Positions 1 through 9,879 of a stretch of DNA of 64,000 nucleotides are shown piece after piece; position 1 is the stretch's first letter, and every line of letters starts with the position of its first letter. The position numbers and the translations under genes are program-made. Origin of the DNA: Spirochaetota bacterium (lineage in GTDB: Bacteria > Spirochaetota > UBA4802 > JAFGDQ01); the NCBI GenBank assembly GCA_043803405.1, contig JAZDKB010000004.1:128001-192000 (forward strand). Reading direction: 5' to 3'. The notes beneath the pieces are model-generated. The model was not told where the DNA came from. It did no database searches and saw only the letters and a list, made by a program, of their open reading frames with translations.

Positions 1-1
1 G

Positions 2-202
2 AATTATGTTGATATTGTGGATGCCTGCATAAAAAGTTATCTCTTAATGAAACAGTCGCTTATTGCAGATTACAAGCTTCCGGTCGCAAAATCATTCATT
101 GACCGTGCAATAGTTAAAACCGAGTATTGCAAAAACAGCATTAAAAGCTGCGTGGACGATTTAATCGGAGATACGTATTTTAAAATTGTTGGCGAAGAAT
201 AG
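2..202 (+). CDS. 3' end of a gene truncated by the window edge, unknown product
   Basis: Frame is open from base 2 (NYVDIVDACIKSY...GEE*), stop at 200-202. Confidence 0.55.
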   Translation, partial: NYVDIVDACIKSYLLMKQSLIADYKLPVAKSFIDRAIVKTEYCKNSIKSCVDDLIGDTYFKIVGEE

Positions 203-269
203 ATAAATATTTTAAATTAGATAGTCAGATTGCATTTTAACTGCAAAAGTCAATCAGAGTGTAATTAAT

Positions 270-857
270 TTAATTATCCTCTGATTGACTAATATATTTT
301 ATCCTTATAAAAAATTCAGACCTTGTTTCAATATTAATGCATCTAACAATTGTGCCGTTTTTTATCCCTGCAGGAAGTTTTACAGTGTAAACTATTTCTC
401 TGCCTTTAAGCGATATTCCAATTCCTCTATTGGCTTCCTCTTCAGTGATTGCAATATCCTGAATTTTTATTTCATTTGCATTGAAATTCCCCGGCCAGTT
501 AGTAAAGTGATTAAAGCCGTGAGCTTTCGTAAAACCGCAACCTTCCATGCCGCCGTTTATAAAATCATCAAACTCAGCTGCAAAAGCATAAGGATTCCAC
601 CCGTATGAATATGTGTTTCTATTGCTGTTATTGTATTCGTAAGTACCGGTCCTGTCATACACCAGTCTCATCTCCGGATCAATAAGCACTTCATAAGCAT
701 TGCAAATTTCCTTGAATTTTTCTTCTGACTCTTTAGTCCCCTGATTTTTGTCAGGATGAAATTTATGAGCAAGCCGCCTGAAGGCTGTTTTTATTTCATC
801 GATAGATGCATCTTTCGAAATATTCAAAAGACGATAATAGCCATTAGCGTCGGACAT
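270..857 (-). CDS. J-domain co-chaperone (short DnaJ/CbpA-like)
   Basis: N-terminal J domain with HPD motif (AHKFHPDKN), G/F-rich linker, truncated C-terminal domain, no Zn fingers. Confidence 0.88.
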   Translation of the reverse strand: MSDANGYYRLLNISKDASIDEIKTAFRRLAHKFHPDKNQGTKESEEKFKEICNAYEVLIDPEMRLVYDRTGTYEYNNSNRNTYSYGWNPYAFAAEFDDFINGGMEGCGFTKAHGFNHFTNWPGNFNANEIKIQDIAITEEEANRGIGISLKGREIVYTVKLPAGIKNGTIVRCINIETRSEFFIRIKYISQSEDN

Positions 858-935
858 ACTGTTTAATCCTTATGTGTTTCAATTTGAATATTGAGCAGGA
901 TTTCTAAATCGATTTATTTTATATCACTATATTTA

Positions 936-961
936 CCCCGCAGCTTTAACGCGCTGCGGGG
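936..961. repeat. GC-rich palindrome CCCCGCAGC-N8-GCTGCGGGG (terminator or REP-like)
   Basis: 9-bp perfect stem in an AT-rich intergenic region; same outer ends as the element at 51869-51946. Confidence 0.6.
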
Positions 962-1014
962 CGGTTTATATTACTTAAGGAAGGTTATCTTGAGTATGGG
1001 ATAAAATAAAAAGA

Positions 1015-1590
1015 TTAGAGAGATGCGGTTACCCCGACGTTAACGGCATTCCCTTTTATTTTAACATCGTTTTCCTGCTTCGAAGTTGTATATAAGTATT
1101 CAGCAAAAATCATTACCTTTAATTTTACAAGGCTGAATAATGTACGGCTTAAACCAAATCCGAAATAATGTGACTTGAAATTTTCGCTTATATTTGATGA
1201 TCCGCCGGAAGTTTTAACTTCGACTTTTTCATTGAGAGCAATGCCGTATCTTGCATAGGGAAAAACAGGGAGTATGGGCAGATCGATCTGGGCATAAACA
1301 TCAAGCCCCGCAGTTTTCTTTTTGGCATCCACATCTCCCTTTAACGGGGCAATCAAATAAAAACCGCCTGCGCCTGCTGTTAATATAAAAGGTATACCCG
1401 TATTAACATGGCCGTAACAGCCGTACTGCCAGCCGTCTATATCGGTTTTTGATCCGGAGCTTTCGATTTCACCGCCAAAAGAACGGCCTCCGAATACGCT
1501 TGCGTCAATAATAGCATAACCGGATGCCGGTATAAAAAGCAGTATTGCCAGTATAGCAAATGATTTCCAGAATTTTTTTACTGAACACAT
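1015..1590 (-). CDS. Outer-membrane beta-barrel protein
   Basis: Signal peptide, alternating Gly/aromatic beta strands, terminal strand VNVGVTASL. Confidence 0.7.
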   Translation of the reverse strand: MCSVKKFWKSFAILAILLFIPASGYAIIDASVFGGRSFGGEIESSGSKTDIDGWQYGCYGHVNTGIPFILTAGAGGFYLIAPLKGDVDAKKKTAGLDVYAQIDLPILPVFPYARYGIALNEKVEVKTSGGSSNISENFKSHYFGFGLSRTLFSLVKLKVMIFAEYLYTTSKQENDVKIKGNAVNVGVTASL

Positions 1591-1784
1591 ACAAACGCCT
1601 CCAAGATTTATTTTCGTTTTAAATACTATAGCAATTATTTATATTAATTCCGGCAATAAGTCAAATGTATTTTACTTATGATTTTATACTGTTATTATTG
1701 TTTTGTATTACGATATTACAACAGGTTTTGGGACGCACTCTTAATTAAATTTAATTTACTGACTCTCAAAAAAAACAATATTTT

Positions 1785-3605
1785 CTATGCCTTATTTGCC
1801 GAATAATTTCCATTTCCGTATTGTTTTAGTAATGCATATAATTCGTCACGTTTTTCTTTTAATAATTGCCCGCGATAAGTGTCTTTAACTTTAAGAGGAT
1901 TCTCAAAAGTCTCGATAGGTTCAATCATAAGGTGCACTGCTTCCTTTCTTTTGCTGGCTTCTTCGATTTCGTCCGGTGTCGGGAGTATTATTGCATGAAG
2001 AGAATACGGTGTATGGATCAGAGAGTGCCCCCTGTTAAGGTATGCTTCGGCAAATCCGCCGTCAATGTTTATTGCTCTGCCGTCGGCTGAGGCTATTTTT
2101 TCGCCTTTCAGAATGTCGACCGGAGTATGGCCGTATACTATCCTCTTTGCTCCGAATTCTCTCATTATTAAATCCATGAATTCCTGTTTGTTCAGGTTTT
2201 CTTTCCAGAACAGCGATTTTTCCTTATGAGTATCCTTATCCTTGTAAAAATATCTTTCAAATGTTTTCATTGCATGTTTGCCGAAAAACGGTGATTGCGG
2301 CCCGCACCAGAGATAAAACATCAGCTCAAGCTCTTTCTGATTCTGCGGTTTGTCTTCCAAAAAATTTTTTCCTACGTTTTTTACAATACCCTGTAAATAC
2401 TCAAATAAATCCTTGCCTTTTTTATCAAGCAAAGATTCAAACTGGCCGTCTTTTGTGCTTGGGATAAGAGCATGAATATTCAAAATATAATTATTTATAT
2501 GATACAGTTTCCCATGTTCAAAAAGGAATTTCATAAGAGATTTTATTCTTTTGCTTTTTGTGAACTGCAACACCAGATCATCGATCACTTCTTTTTCTTC
2601 ATCGGTTAGTTTTGTAGGCTCATCCAGGTCGAGTGTAGGAAAATGAGTGTCGGTCAATCCGTCAACTTTATTCGAATTAAGCATTTCTTTCAGCTTGTCA
2701 AGATTCAGCCTGGGTTCCATTTTAAATTCGGGATTTGCATTGATTGTTTTTTCTTCGAGTTTAAACTGAATCATCGCAAGGGTTTTTTCCATCTTCTTGG
2801 AGATGTCGAGCTTGGCTTTAAAAGCTCCGGAAATTTTGTCAGGATACAGTTTTTGCGCAAATTTTGTTAGCCTGGTTATGTCAATTCCGAGCCTTTTAAG
2901 AAACGCGAGGTTATCATACCGCACGCTTATGCGCAGGGCTTCCGCTATTAGCGATCTGTTGCCTGCTGCGGCTCCCATCCATAATATATCATGGTTTCCC
3001 CACACATATTTTATAATAGGCCGTATATCCCATTTGTTCAGTATCCTTAATATTTTATCGGGTTCGTCTCCCCTGTCGAAAACGTCTCCCAGTACAACGA
3101 TCTGTCCCAAAAGCACCTGCTTTAGAGCTTTTGAAAGCGAGGTTATTACCCTGTCTGCTATTAAATTATCTTCATAAATTATATTCGGTACCGGAAAATT
3201 AAGGATAAGATTTTCAAGAATGTTTTTTAAATCCTTATTTATATTTAATCTTATCCGGTCGAAATTCTTGATATTGTTTATTTTGTATTGGATTATTTTT
3301 ACGAGATCGGAAATCACATCCTGTCTTTCCATTAAAATATTTTCGCTGGCAAAATATCTTTCTTTTCTGATTATGCTTCCGAGATATTCTATCTTTTCAT
3401 TGGAAACCGTCTTCGGAAGCGCTTCAAAGCAGGTTCTCCATACCAGACCGAATCTGCCTTTAAGAATGGAGACAAATCTTTTACCCGCACCGTGCGGATC
3501 GCTTATCCATAGCGTCGTATCAATGTTCGATTCCAGTTCGGCTTCAATCTCGGTTAATTGTTTTATTAAATCGTGAAGTGATGAAATGGTTTTTACTGAG
3601 GACAT
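1785..3605 (-). CDS. fbp: Fructose-1,6-bisphosphatase class III
   Basis: Metallophosphoesterase motifs SDPHG, GDVFDRG, WGNHD, GHTP, IDGGF; LWCGPQSPFFGK segment typical of class III FBPase. Confidence 0.85.
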   Translation of the reverse strand: MSSVKTISSLHDLIKQLTEIEAELESNIDTTLWISDPHGAGKRFVSILKGRFGLVWRTCFEALPKTVSNEKIEYLGSIIRKERYFASENILMERQDVISDLVKIIQYKINNIKNFDRIRLNINKDLKNILENLILNFPVPNIIYEDNLIADRVITSLSKALKQVLLGQIVVLGDVFDRGDEPDKILRILNKWDIRPIIKYVWGNHDILWMGAAAGNRSLIAEALRISVRYDNLAFLKRLGIDITRLTKFAQKLYPDKISGAFKAKLDISKKMEKTLAMIQFKLEEKTINANPEFKMEPRLNLDKLKEMLNSNKVDGLTDTHFPTLDLDEPTKLTDEEKEVIDDLVLQFTKSKRIKSLMKFLFEHGKLYHINNYILNIHALIPSTKDGQFESLLDKKGKDLFEYLQGIVKNVGKNFLEDKPQNQKELELMFYLWCGPQSPFFGKHAMKTFERYFYKDKDTHKEKSLFWKENLNKQEFMDLIMREFGAKRIVYGHTPVDILKGEKIASADGRAINIDGGFAEAYLNRGHSLIHTPYSLHAIILPTPDEIEEASKRKEAVHLMIEPIETFENPLKVKDTYRGQLLKEKRDELYALLKQYGNGNYSANKA

Positions 3606-3911
3606 GGCTTAACTCCATATAATTATTAAATATTTTTGTTTATATCTAATAATAATAGCTAACTCAATTAACAGATATTTTATTTTAACTGTTTTACTAA
3701 AAATTCATTAACCGAAGAATCAGAATCATTTTACTTTGGTTAAGAAGGCAATAATTTGCGTATAAATATGTAGTAAAACGGATAATTATGCCGGTTGCGG
3801 CAAACTATCTGACATAACTCCGGAATTTTGAAAAAGATTGCGAGTTATATGAGTTATTTAGTATAATAATAGGATTGTTTTAAAAACAGGGGTTAATTGT
3901 AAAGCAAAAAT

Positions 3912-4400
3912 TTACATTATTTTCCCGCCGGCATCCTCAATGTCAATGCCTTCGAGAAATTCTTCGAGCGTTTCTTTCTTGCCATCCTTGGTTGCTTTTT
4001 CAAGCCCCATATAAAGGGCGAACAGCTTTCGCTCGACATATATAGGGGATTTTGTCCTAAGCGCCAGGGCGATTGCATCGCTTGGTCGGCTGTCTATTTT
4101 TAATTTTGATGTACCGTTTAACAGATTTAATCTCGCATAATAAATGCTGTTTTTAAGATCATATACTTCTATGGATTCAACCTCGTAAGATAATTCTTCA
4201 AGTATGTTTACAATAAGGTCATGGGTTAGAGGCCTTAAAGGCTTTTTCCCTTCAAGCTCAATAGCTATCAGGCTGGCTTCAAGAGGGGCTATTAAAATGG
4301 GAAGCGTGTCACTGCCTTCAACATCCTTTAAGATTAATACAGGGACGCCGCTTTTTTGATCTATAAAAATATTTTCTATTTCGACCTTTATTAAGGACAT
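3912..4400 (-). CDS. Bifunctional nuclease family protein (DUF151)
   Basis: RPLTHDL and DSRPSDAIALA motifs. Confidence 0.92.
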   Translation of the reverse strand: MSLIKVEIENIFIDQKSGVPVLILKDVEGSDTLPILIAPLEASLIAIELEGKKPLRPLTHDLIVNILEELSYEVESIEVYDLKNSIYYARLNLLNGTSKLKIDSRPSDAIALALRTKSPIYVERKLFALYMGLEKATKDGKKETLEEFLEGIDIEDAGGKIM

Positions 4401-4536
4401 TATATATTATCCCCGTTAAGTTTGCGCGATATTTCATTAATAGTTACTGACTCAAGTCAAAATAATGTGTTATATTTAAATATTATTATGATACTAATTA
4501 TAAATAAATACAACAATTAATTTGAATAATATATAA

Positions 4537-5700
4537 TTATATTTTTTTACTTTTAACTTCTTTTATAAGCTCTCTTGCAACAGCGTTTTTCTGTATTTCC
4601 GTTGTGCCTTCGAAGATGGTTAAAATCTTTGAGTCACGCAGCATTTTCTCCACCGGAAAATCACGCATATATCCGTATCCGCCCAATATCTGCAAAGCAG
4701 AATTTGCGACTGCAAACGCATTTTCTCCGCAAAAAGCCTTTGCCATCGAAGAATATTTTTGATAGGACGGGTGTTTCATGTCAATCATTCTTGCAGCTGT
4801 ATAGGCGAGGTGTCTCCCTGCCTCTATTGTTGCAGCCATATCTGCAAGCTTGTGCTGTATTGACTGCTGAGAGCTTATGGGATTATCGAACTGGATTCTT
4901 TCTACGGCATATTTGAGCGCTGTTTCAAAAGCGCCCTGCGCCAGCCCGACTGCGCCGGCAGCTACAACCGCCCTTGAATGGTCGAAAGTCCCGATAGCGT
5001 ATTTAAACCCATGCCCTTCTTTGCCGATCAGGTTTTCAGCAGGAATCTTGCAATTATCGAAAATGACTTCCCGTGTTTCCGAACATCTTATCCCAAGTTT
5101 CTTTTCTTTTGCTCCGAATGAGAGCCCTTTTGCATCTTTTTCAACAATAAAACAGCTTATGCCGCGAATGCCTTTATTCTTATCGGTTATTGCAAAGACC
5201 GTATAAATATCCACTCTGGAGGCTGAGGTTATCCATTGTTTCACTCCGTTTAAAATGTAGCTGCCGTTTTTTTTGACTGCAGTCATTTTCATATTTATTA
5301 TATCCGATCCCGCTGATGATTCTGTAAGTGCAAAGGCAGCCGTTTTTTCTCCTTTGGCAACAGCCGGTAAATATTTCAGCTTCTGTTCGTGAGAACTCCC
5401 GAGTAAAATCGGGAAGATACCGAGCCCTGAAACAGAGTACGAGGTGGAAACACCCAGACATCCTCTGGCTAATTCTTCTGCGATTAGAGCAGCTTCAAAT
5501 ATGCCCTGCCCGGCGCCGCCGTATTCTTCCGGAATAAATGGACATGCAAGAAAAAGATCCCTGGCAAGCTTATTGATTATATCTTCCGGATACTCTTCTT
5601 TCTCATCCAGTTCGGCTCTGACCGGGATGATTTCCTCATTGGTAAATTTTTTAACAGTAGCTTTAAGAGCTTTCTGTTCTTCAGTTAAAAAAAGGGGCAT
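4537..5700 (-). CDS. Acyl-CoA dehydrogenase (butyryl/short-branched-chain type)
   Basis: FALTE..AGSD, KQWIT, KLGIR, GGYGY, IFEGT motifs; likely start ATG 5700 with GAGGA RBS. Confidence 0.93.
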   Translation of the reverse strand: MPLFLTEEQKALKATVKKFTNEEIIPVRAELDEKEEYPEDIINKLARDLFLACPFIPEEYGGAGQGIFEAALIAEELARGCLGVSTSYSVSGLGIFPILLGSSHEQKLKYLPAVAKGEKTAAFALTESSAGSDIINMKMTAVKKNGSYILNGVKQWITSASRVDIYTVFAITDKNKGIRGISCFIVEKDAKGLSFGAKEKKLGIRCSETREVIFDNCKIPAENLIGKEGHGFKYAIGTFDHSRAVVAAGAVGLAQGAFETALKYAVERIQFDNPISSQQSIQHKLADMAATIEAGRHLAYTAARMIDMKHPSYQKYSSMAKAFCGENAFAVANSALQILGGYGYMRDFPVEKMLRDSKILTIFEGTTEIQKNAVARELIKEVKSKKI

Positions 5701-5906
5701 ATATTGTATCCTCTTTATCAAAAAAATTATTCAGGTTAGGAACTCTCATTTTTTTAAATTATTAGCAACTATTTCTATTTTTTCGTTTTTTAATCAAATA
5801 ATATTTTATATAACAGGATTTATTATAATAAAATCTTTTAGCGGGATTTTTTCTTGCAAAATCCGACTTAATAAATTATTAGTTTTTCAACAGGTATAAT
5901 GATAAT

Positions 5907-8489
5907 ATGTCAAACAATAAATATCCCTCCGAATATGAAAGCCGAATTATTTTAAAAGACGGCTCAGTATGTTTATTCAGACCAATAAAGAAAGACGATG
6001 CCGATGCCTGGCTTGATTTTTACAACAGGCTCAGTTATAAAACAAAATATCTCCGTTTTCAGTATGAACCCAGAGAAATGACTACTGAAGACGCAGTGCG
6101 CTGGTGTACGGTTGATTATGTAAACAGTTTCGCTTTTGTAGCCGAAGCCATAGAAGAGCAGAAAAAGTTCATTGTCGCAGTGGGCAGGTATTATCGGTTA
6201 CCTTCAAGAAGTAATGTAGCAGAGATAGCTCTTGTTACTGATGATAAATATCATGAGAAAGGAATATGCACAAAACTTATCGAAAGGCTGGCTGATGTAG
6301 CAGTTAAAAACGACATTGATATTTTCGAAGCTTTTGTTTTGTCGCAAAATATTGCAATGCGGTCTTTATTTCAGAATTATGGATTTCATATTAAAAAGGA
6401 GATTATAGATAAAGAATTTTACCTTGTTTTCCCCATCGCTAAAACTCCTGAAATAATCAGGAAAAATGACGAAAGAAACCTGAATGCTGCAATTAATTCT
6501 CTTAATCATATATTAAAACCAAAATCAGTAGCAGTAATAGGAGCTTCCAATAAAGCCGGAACATTCGGACAACTGATTTTTCACTCAATAATACAAAACG
6601 GATTTTCCGGGATCGTGTATCCTGTTACGCGCAGTTCGGATTCCGTAATGTCGGTAAAAGCATATAAATCCATACTGGATGTGCCGGGTGATGTCGATGT
6701 GGCGATAATTATTGTGCCTGCTTCCCAGGCTATCAGTGTGACTGATGAATGCGGCAGGAAAAGGGTAAAAGGAATTGTTGTTATCTCAGCCGGCTTTAAG
6801 GAAAGAGGGGATAAAGGCGCTGAACTGGAGAGAGAGCTTCGTCAGACTGCATTCGGCTATGGCATGCGTATTATCGGCCCTAACTGTATGGGACTGATAA
6901 ATACAAATCCTGAAGTGAGGCTGAACGCTACTTTCTCTCCGGCATGCCCATCGCACGGGAATATTGCTTTTATTACTCAAAGCGGTGCTCTGGGAGTTGG
7001 CATATTGCAATATGCAAATAAACTCGGGATCGGTTTTTCAAATTATATTAATGTCGGAAATTGTGCGGATATTTCCTCCACCGATATGCTGCAATGCTGG
7101 GAGAAAGATACTGATACCAAGGTTATTTTGCTTTACATGGAATCGATTGATAATCCGGGATTATTCAGCCGTGTTTCCAGGAGAGTGTCGGAGACTAAGC
7201 CAGTTCTGGCTATTAAAGGCGGTAATTGGCCGACAGGTTCGGCAGCAGGCATATCTTCTGCAAGCTCTGTAAGTCCGGGTGCATTATCTGAAGCTCTGTT
7301 CAATCAGGCAGGCATTGTCAGGGTCAATACTATAAAAGAACTTTTTTATTCCGCAACATTGCTTTCCAGTCAACCGGTTCCAGAAGGAAACAGAATAGTT
7401 ATAATTACCAATGGGGGCGGCCCGGGTATGCTTGCTGCCGATGCCTGTGCTCAAACCGGACTTATTTTACCGGAGATATCGGCACAGACTGCAGCCAGGT
7501 TAAAAGCCGCCATTACGCGCGAAATAAGATTTCATAATCCGCTTAATTTAAGCACAGGAGTATCTGCACAGGAATTTGAGAATGCGTTAAAAATTCTGGC
7601 AGAAGATCCGGATTATGACGCGATCGTAACTTTATATGTACCGCCTGCAGGAATGAAAATAAAAAGTATCGAGGATTCAATAAGCAAGGCGGCCGGTGTT
7701 ATCCGGCAAAATAACAAGCCTGTTGTTTCCTGTTTTATCGGTCAGGTTGATTCACATGGAAAGATTGTTGACGGTAATTACTTTGTGCCATATTATTCTT
7801 TTCCTGAAGACGCTGTGTTTGCATTAAGCAATGCAGTCAAATATGGTGAAATAATAAGACAGGATCGCGGAAAAATTCCGGATTTTGAAGATATTGATCG
7901 GGACGAAGGCAGACGCATAATTAAATCTATTTTAGTAAGCAGCACTCATAGGCCGTTATTTGTTCCTGCGAACGATATGCATAAGTTATTGAAATGTTAT
8001 GGCATACTTACGTCAGAATCATTAACTGCAATTATGTCCGATGAAACTGAAAAAGAATCAAATGATGTCGGGGATCCATCAGGCAAGCCTGTCACAAAAC
8101 AGGAAATGCTCGTTGGTATATCGGAACATATTAATGAAAGCGTAGATATAATTATTAAAATAACAGAAGAATCTTCGTTGGGCCATGTAATTACGTTCAG
8201 GTTGGGCGGTTTCTATGCTGATCTTCTTAATGATACTGCGGTTAGATTGCATCCTCTTACTGATGTAGATGCAAGGGAACTGATAGAATCGGTTAAGATG
8301 GCAAAGCTGTTGAAAGGTTATAAAGGCGCTTCGCCGGTGGACATTCGTTCTCTTGAAGAGCTTTTGCTGAGAGTCTCTTTCATGGTGGAAGACATCCCGC
8401 ATATCAGCGAAGTGAACCTGAATCCGGTTAAGGTGCTGCCAAATGGCAGGGGTTATCAGATAATAGGCGCCGGAATAATGATAAAGTGA
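5907..8489 (+). CDS. GNAT + NDP-forming acyl-CoA synthetase-like fusion (Pat-type protein lysine acyltransferase)
   Basis: N-terminal GNAT (AVGRY, AEIAL), CoA-binding domain (VAVIGAS, GPNCMG, QSGALG), TNGGGPG, degenerate ATP-grasp with LNPV. Confidence 0.88.
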   Translation: MSNNKYPSEYESRIILKDGSVCLFRPIKKDDADAWLDFYNRLSYKTKYLRFQYEPREMTTEDAVRWCTVDYVNSFAFVAEAIEEQKKFIVAVGRYYRLPSRSNVAEIALVTDDKYHEKGICTKLIERLADVAVKNDIDIFEAFVLSQNIAMRSLFQNYGFHIKKEIIDKEFYLVFPIAKTPEIIRKNDERNLNAAINSLNHILKPKSVAVIGASNKAGTFGQLIFHSIIQNGFSGIVYPVTRSSDSVMSVKAYKSILDVPGDVDVAIIIVPASQAISVTDECGRKRVKGIVVISAGFKERGDKGAELERELRQTAFGYGMRIIGPNCMGLINTNPEVRLNATFSPACPSHGNIAFITQSGALGVGILQYANKLGIGFSNYINVGNCADISSTDMLQCWEKDTDTKVILLYMESIDNPGLFSRVSRRVSETKPVLAIKGGNWPTGSAAGISSASSVSPGALSEALFNQAGIVRVNTIKELFYSATLLSSQPVPEGNRIVIITNGGGPGMLAADACAQTGLILPEISAQTAARLKAAITREIRFHNPLNLSTGVSAQEFENALKILAEDPDYDAIVTLYVPPAGMKIKSIEDSISKAAGVIRQNNKPVVSCFIGQVDSHGKIVDGNYFVPYYSFPEDAVFALSNAVKYGEIIRQDRGKIPDFEDIDRDEGRRIIKSILVSSTHRPLFVPANDMHKLLKCYGILTSESLTAIMSDETEKESNDVGDPSGKPVTKQEMLVGISEHINESVDIIIKITEESSLGHVITFRLGGFYADLLNDTAVRLHPLTDVDARELIESVKMAKLLKGYKGASPVDIRSLEELLLRVSFMVEDIPHISEVNLNPVKVLPNGRGYQIIGAGIMIK

Positions 8490-8541
8490 TTTGATATAGT
8501 AAATCAATCGTAAACTGCTATAATTTAAAGCGAGAATCGCA

Positions 8542-8937
8542 ATGAAAATAAAATTGATCGCCTTGCTTGCAACATTAATATTTATTGTATTCAGTATGCC
8601 ATCTTATTCTACGGAAAAATTCGGTCCATGGGATCCGGATGTTTCGGTTGCAGATGAAAATATTGCGATAAAAATAAAGCATTCTGCCCGGCCGGTCAGC
8701 ATATTCAGCGCGCCCGCAGCAGGAGCATTTTTTATGATACGCGGATTTCAGAAATTCATTTCGCCTCAGGACGGGCCGAATTGCAGATTCAGGCCGACCT
8801 GCAGCGAATACGGCAGGATAGCCGTTCTCAGATACGGCGCTGTTGTCGGGGCATTCCTTGCCGGCGACAGGCTCATCAGATGCAATCCGTATAACGCCCC
8901 GGGCAGAGATCCTGTGCCGGAATTTTTATTTAAATGA
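8542..8937 (+). CDS. yidD: YidD-family protein with N-terminal signal-like extension
   Basis: CRFRPTCSEY and RLIRCNP motifs. Confidence 0.85.
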   Translation: MKIKLIALLATLIFIVFSMPSYSTEKFGPWDPDVSVADENIAIKIKHSARPVSIFSAPAAGAFFMIRGFQKFISPQDGPNCRFRPTCSEYGRIAVLRYGAVVGAFLAGDRLIRCNPYNAPGRDPVPEFLFK

Positions 8938-8940
8938 GCC

Positions 8941-9879
8941 ATGGCAATAGTGACAATAAAAAAATATTTAGTTTTATTCGTAAAAATATTATCCCTGATT
9001 TTTATTTTACCTTCCGCTTTTTCTTTTGCCGAATTAACGCAACCGGATTTTATTATTAAACAAAAAAAATTTATTCATGAATTATATCAAAGCAAAAGAT
9101 ATTTCGATTGTATTGCAGAAACACAAAGGTTACTGGCATACGGAGATAATATTAAAAACAAAAATAAATATATATATTTTATGGAAGCATGTTATTATCT
9201 TGGCGGGCAATATAAGACGGTAATTTCCGGATTAGAGAATGCAAATAGCATTCGCAAGGATAAACCGGAACCGGCAAATATATTTCTACTTTCACATTCG
9301 TATCTGAATATCGGTTATTACCGGTTAAGCAAAGAAATATTAGATAAACTGGAGTATGTTGAATTAAAGAAAGATGAGCAAACTAAATTGTTTGTAAACC
9401 GGACTGAATTGCTTATTAAAAATTACGAATTCCGGGATATTTTAGCTGAGATTGAAACAGCAGATAAATATATAAACAGGTTTAATAACTCATTTGCCTT
9501 GCTGGATTTTAAAAATGATATTCAAAGATACACGGAAATCGGATTAAAGTCGAAATGGCTTTCCGCATCGCTGTCGGCATTGATGCCTGGTGCAGGGCAG
9601 GTTTATTCCGGCAAAATAATTGATGGGGTGTTAAGTTTTACTGCTGTTGTCGGATCGGCCGCCGGAGCATTTTATTTTAATCATAAGAAAGAAAAAGCAT
9701 TGGCAATAACCTTTTCGTTTTTTACCTGCCTCTTTTATGCGGGGAATCTGTATGGCGCCTATAACTCGGCGGAGAATGCAAACGGGATTTTAAATGAACG
9801 TTTTGCAGACAGTATTAATAAAAAATATGATTTGTATTATAATCCGGGAGAATATATTGATATGGAAATGTTCAGGTAA
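8941..9879 (+). CDS. TPR protein with C-terminal TM2-like membrane domain
   Basis: Signal peptide, TPR-like helices, SALMPGAGQVYSG motif followed by TM helices. Confidence 0.75.
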   Translation: MAIVTIKKYLVLFVKILSLIFILPSAFSFAELTQPDFIIKQKKFIHELYQSKRYFDCIAETQRLLAYGDNIKNKNKYIYFMEACYYLGGQYKTVISGLENANSIRKDKPEPANIFLLSHSYLNIGYYRLSKEILDKLEYVELKKDEQTKLFVNRTELLIKNYEFRDILAEIETADKYINRFNNSFALLDFKNDIQRYTEIGLKSKWLSASLSALMPGAGQVYSGKIIDGVLSFTAVVGSAAGAFYFNHKKEKALAITFSFFTCLFYAGNLYGAYNSAENANGILNERFADSINKKYDLYYNPGEYIDMEMFR

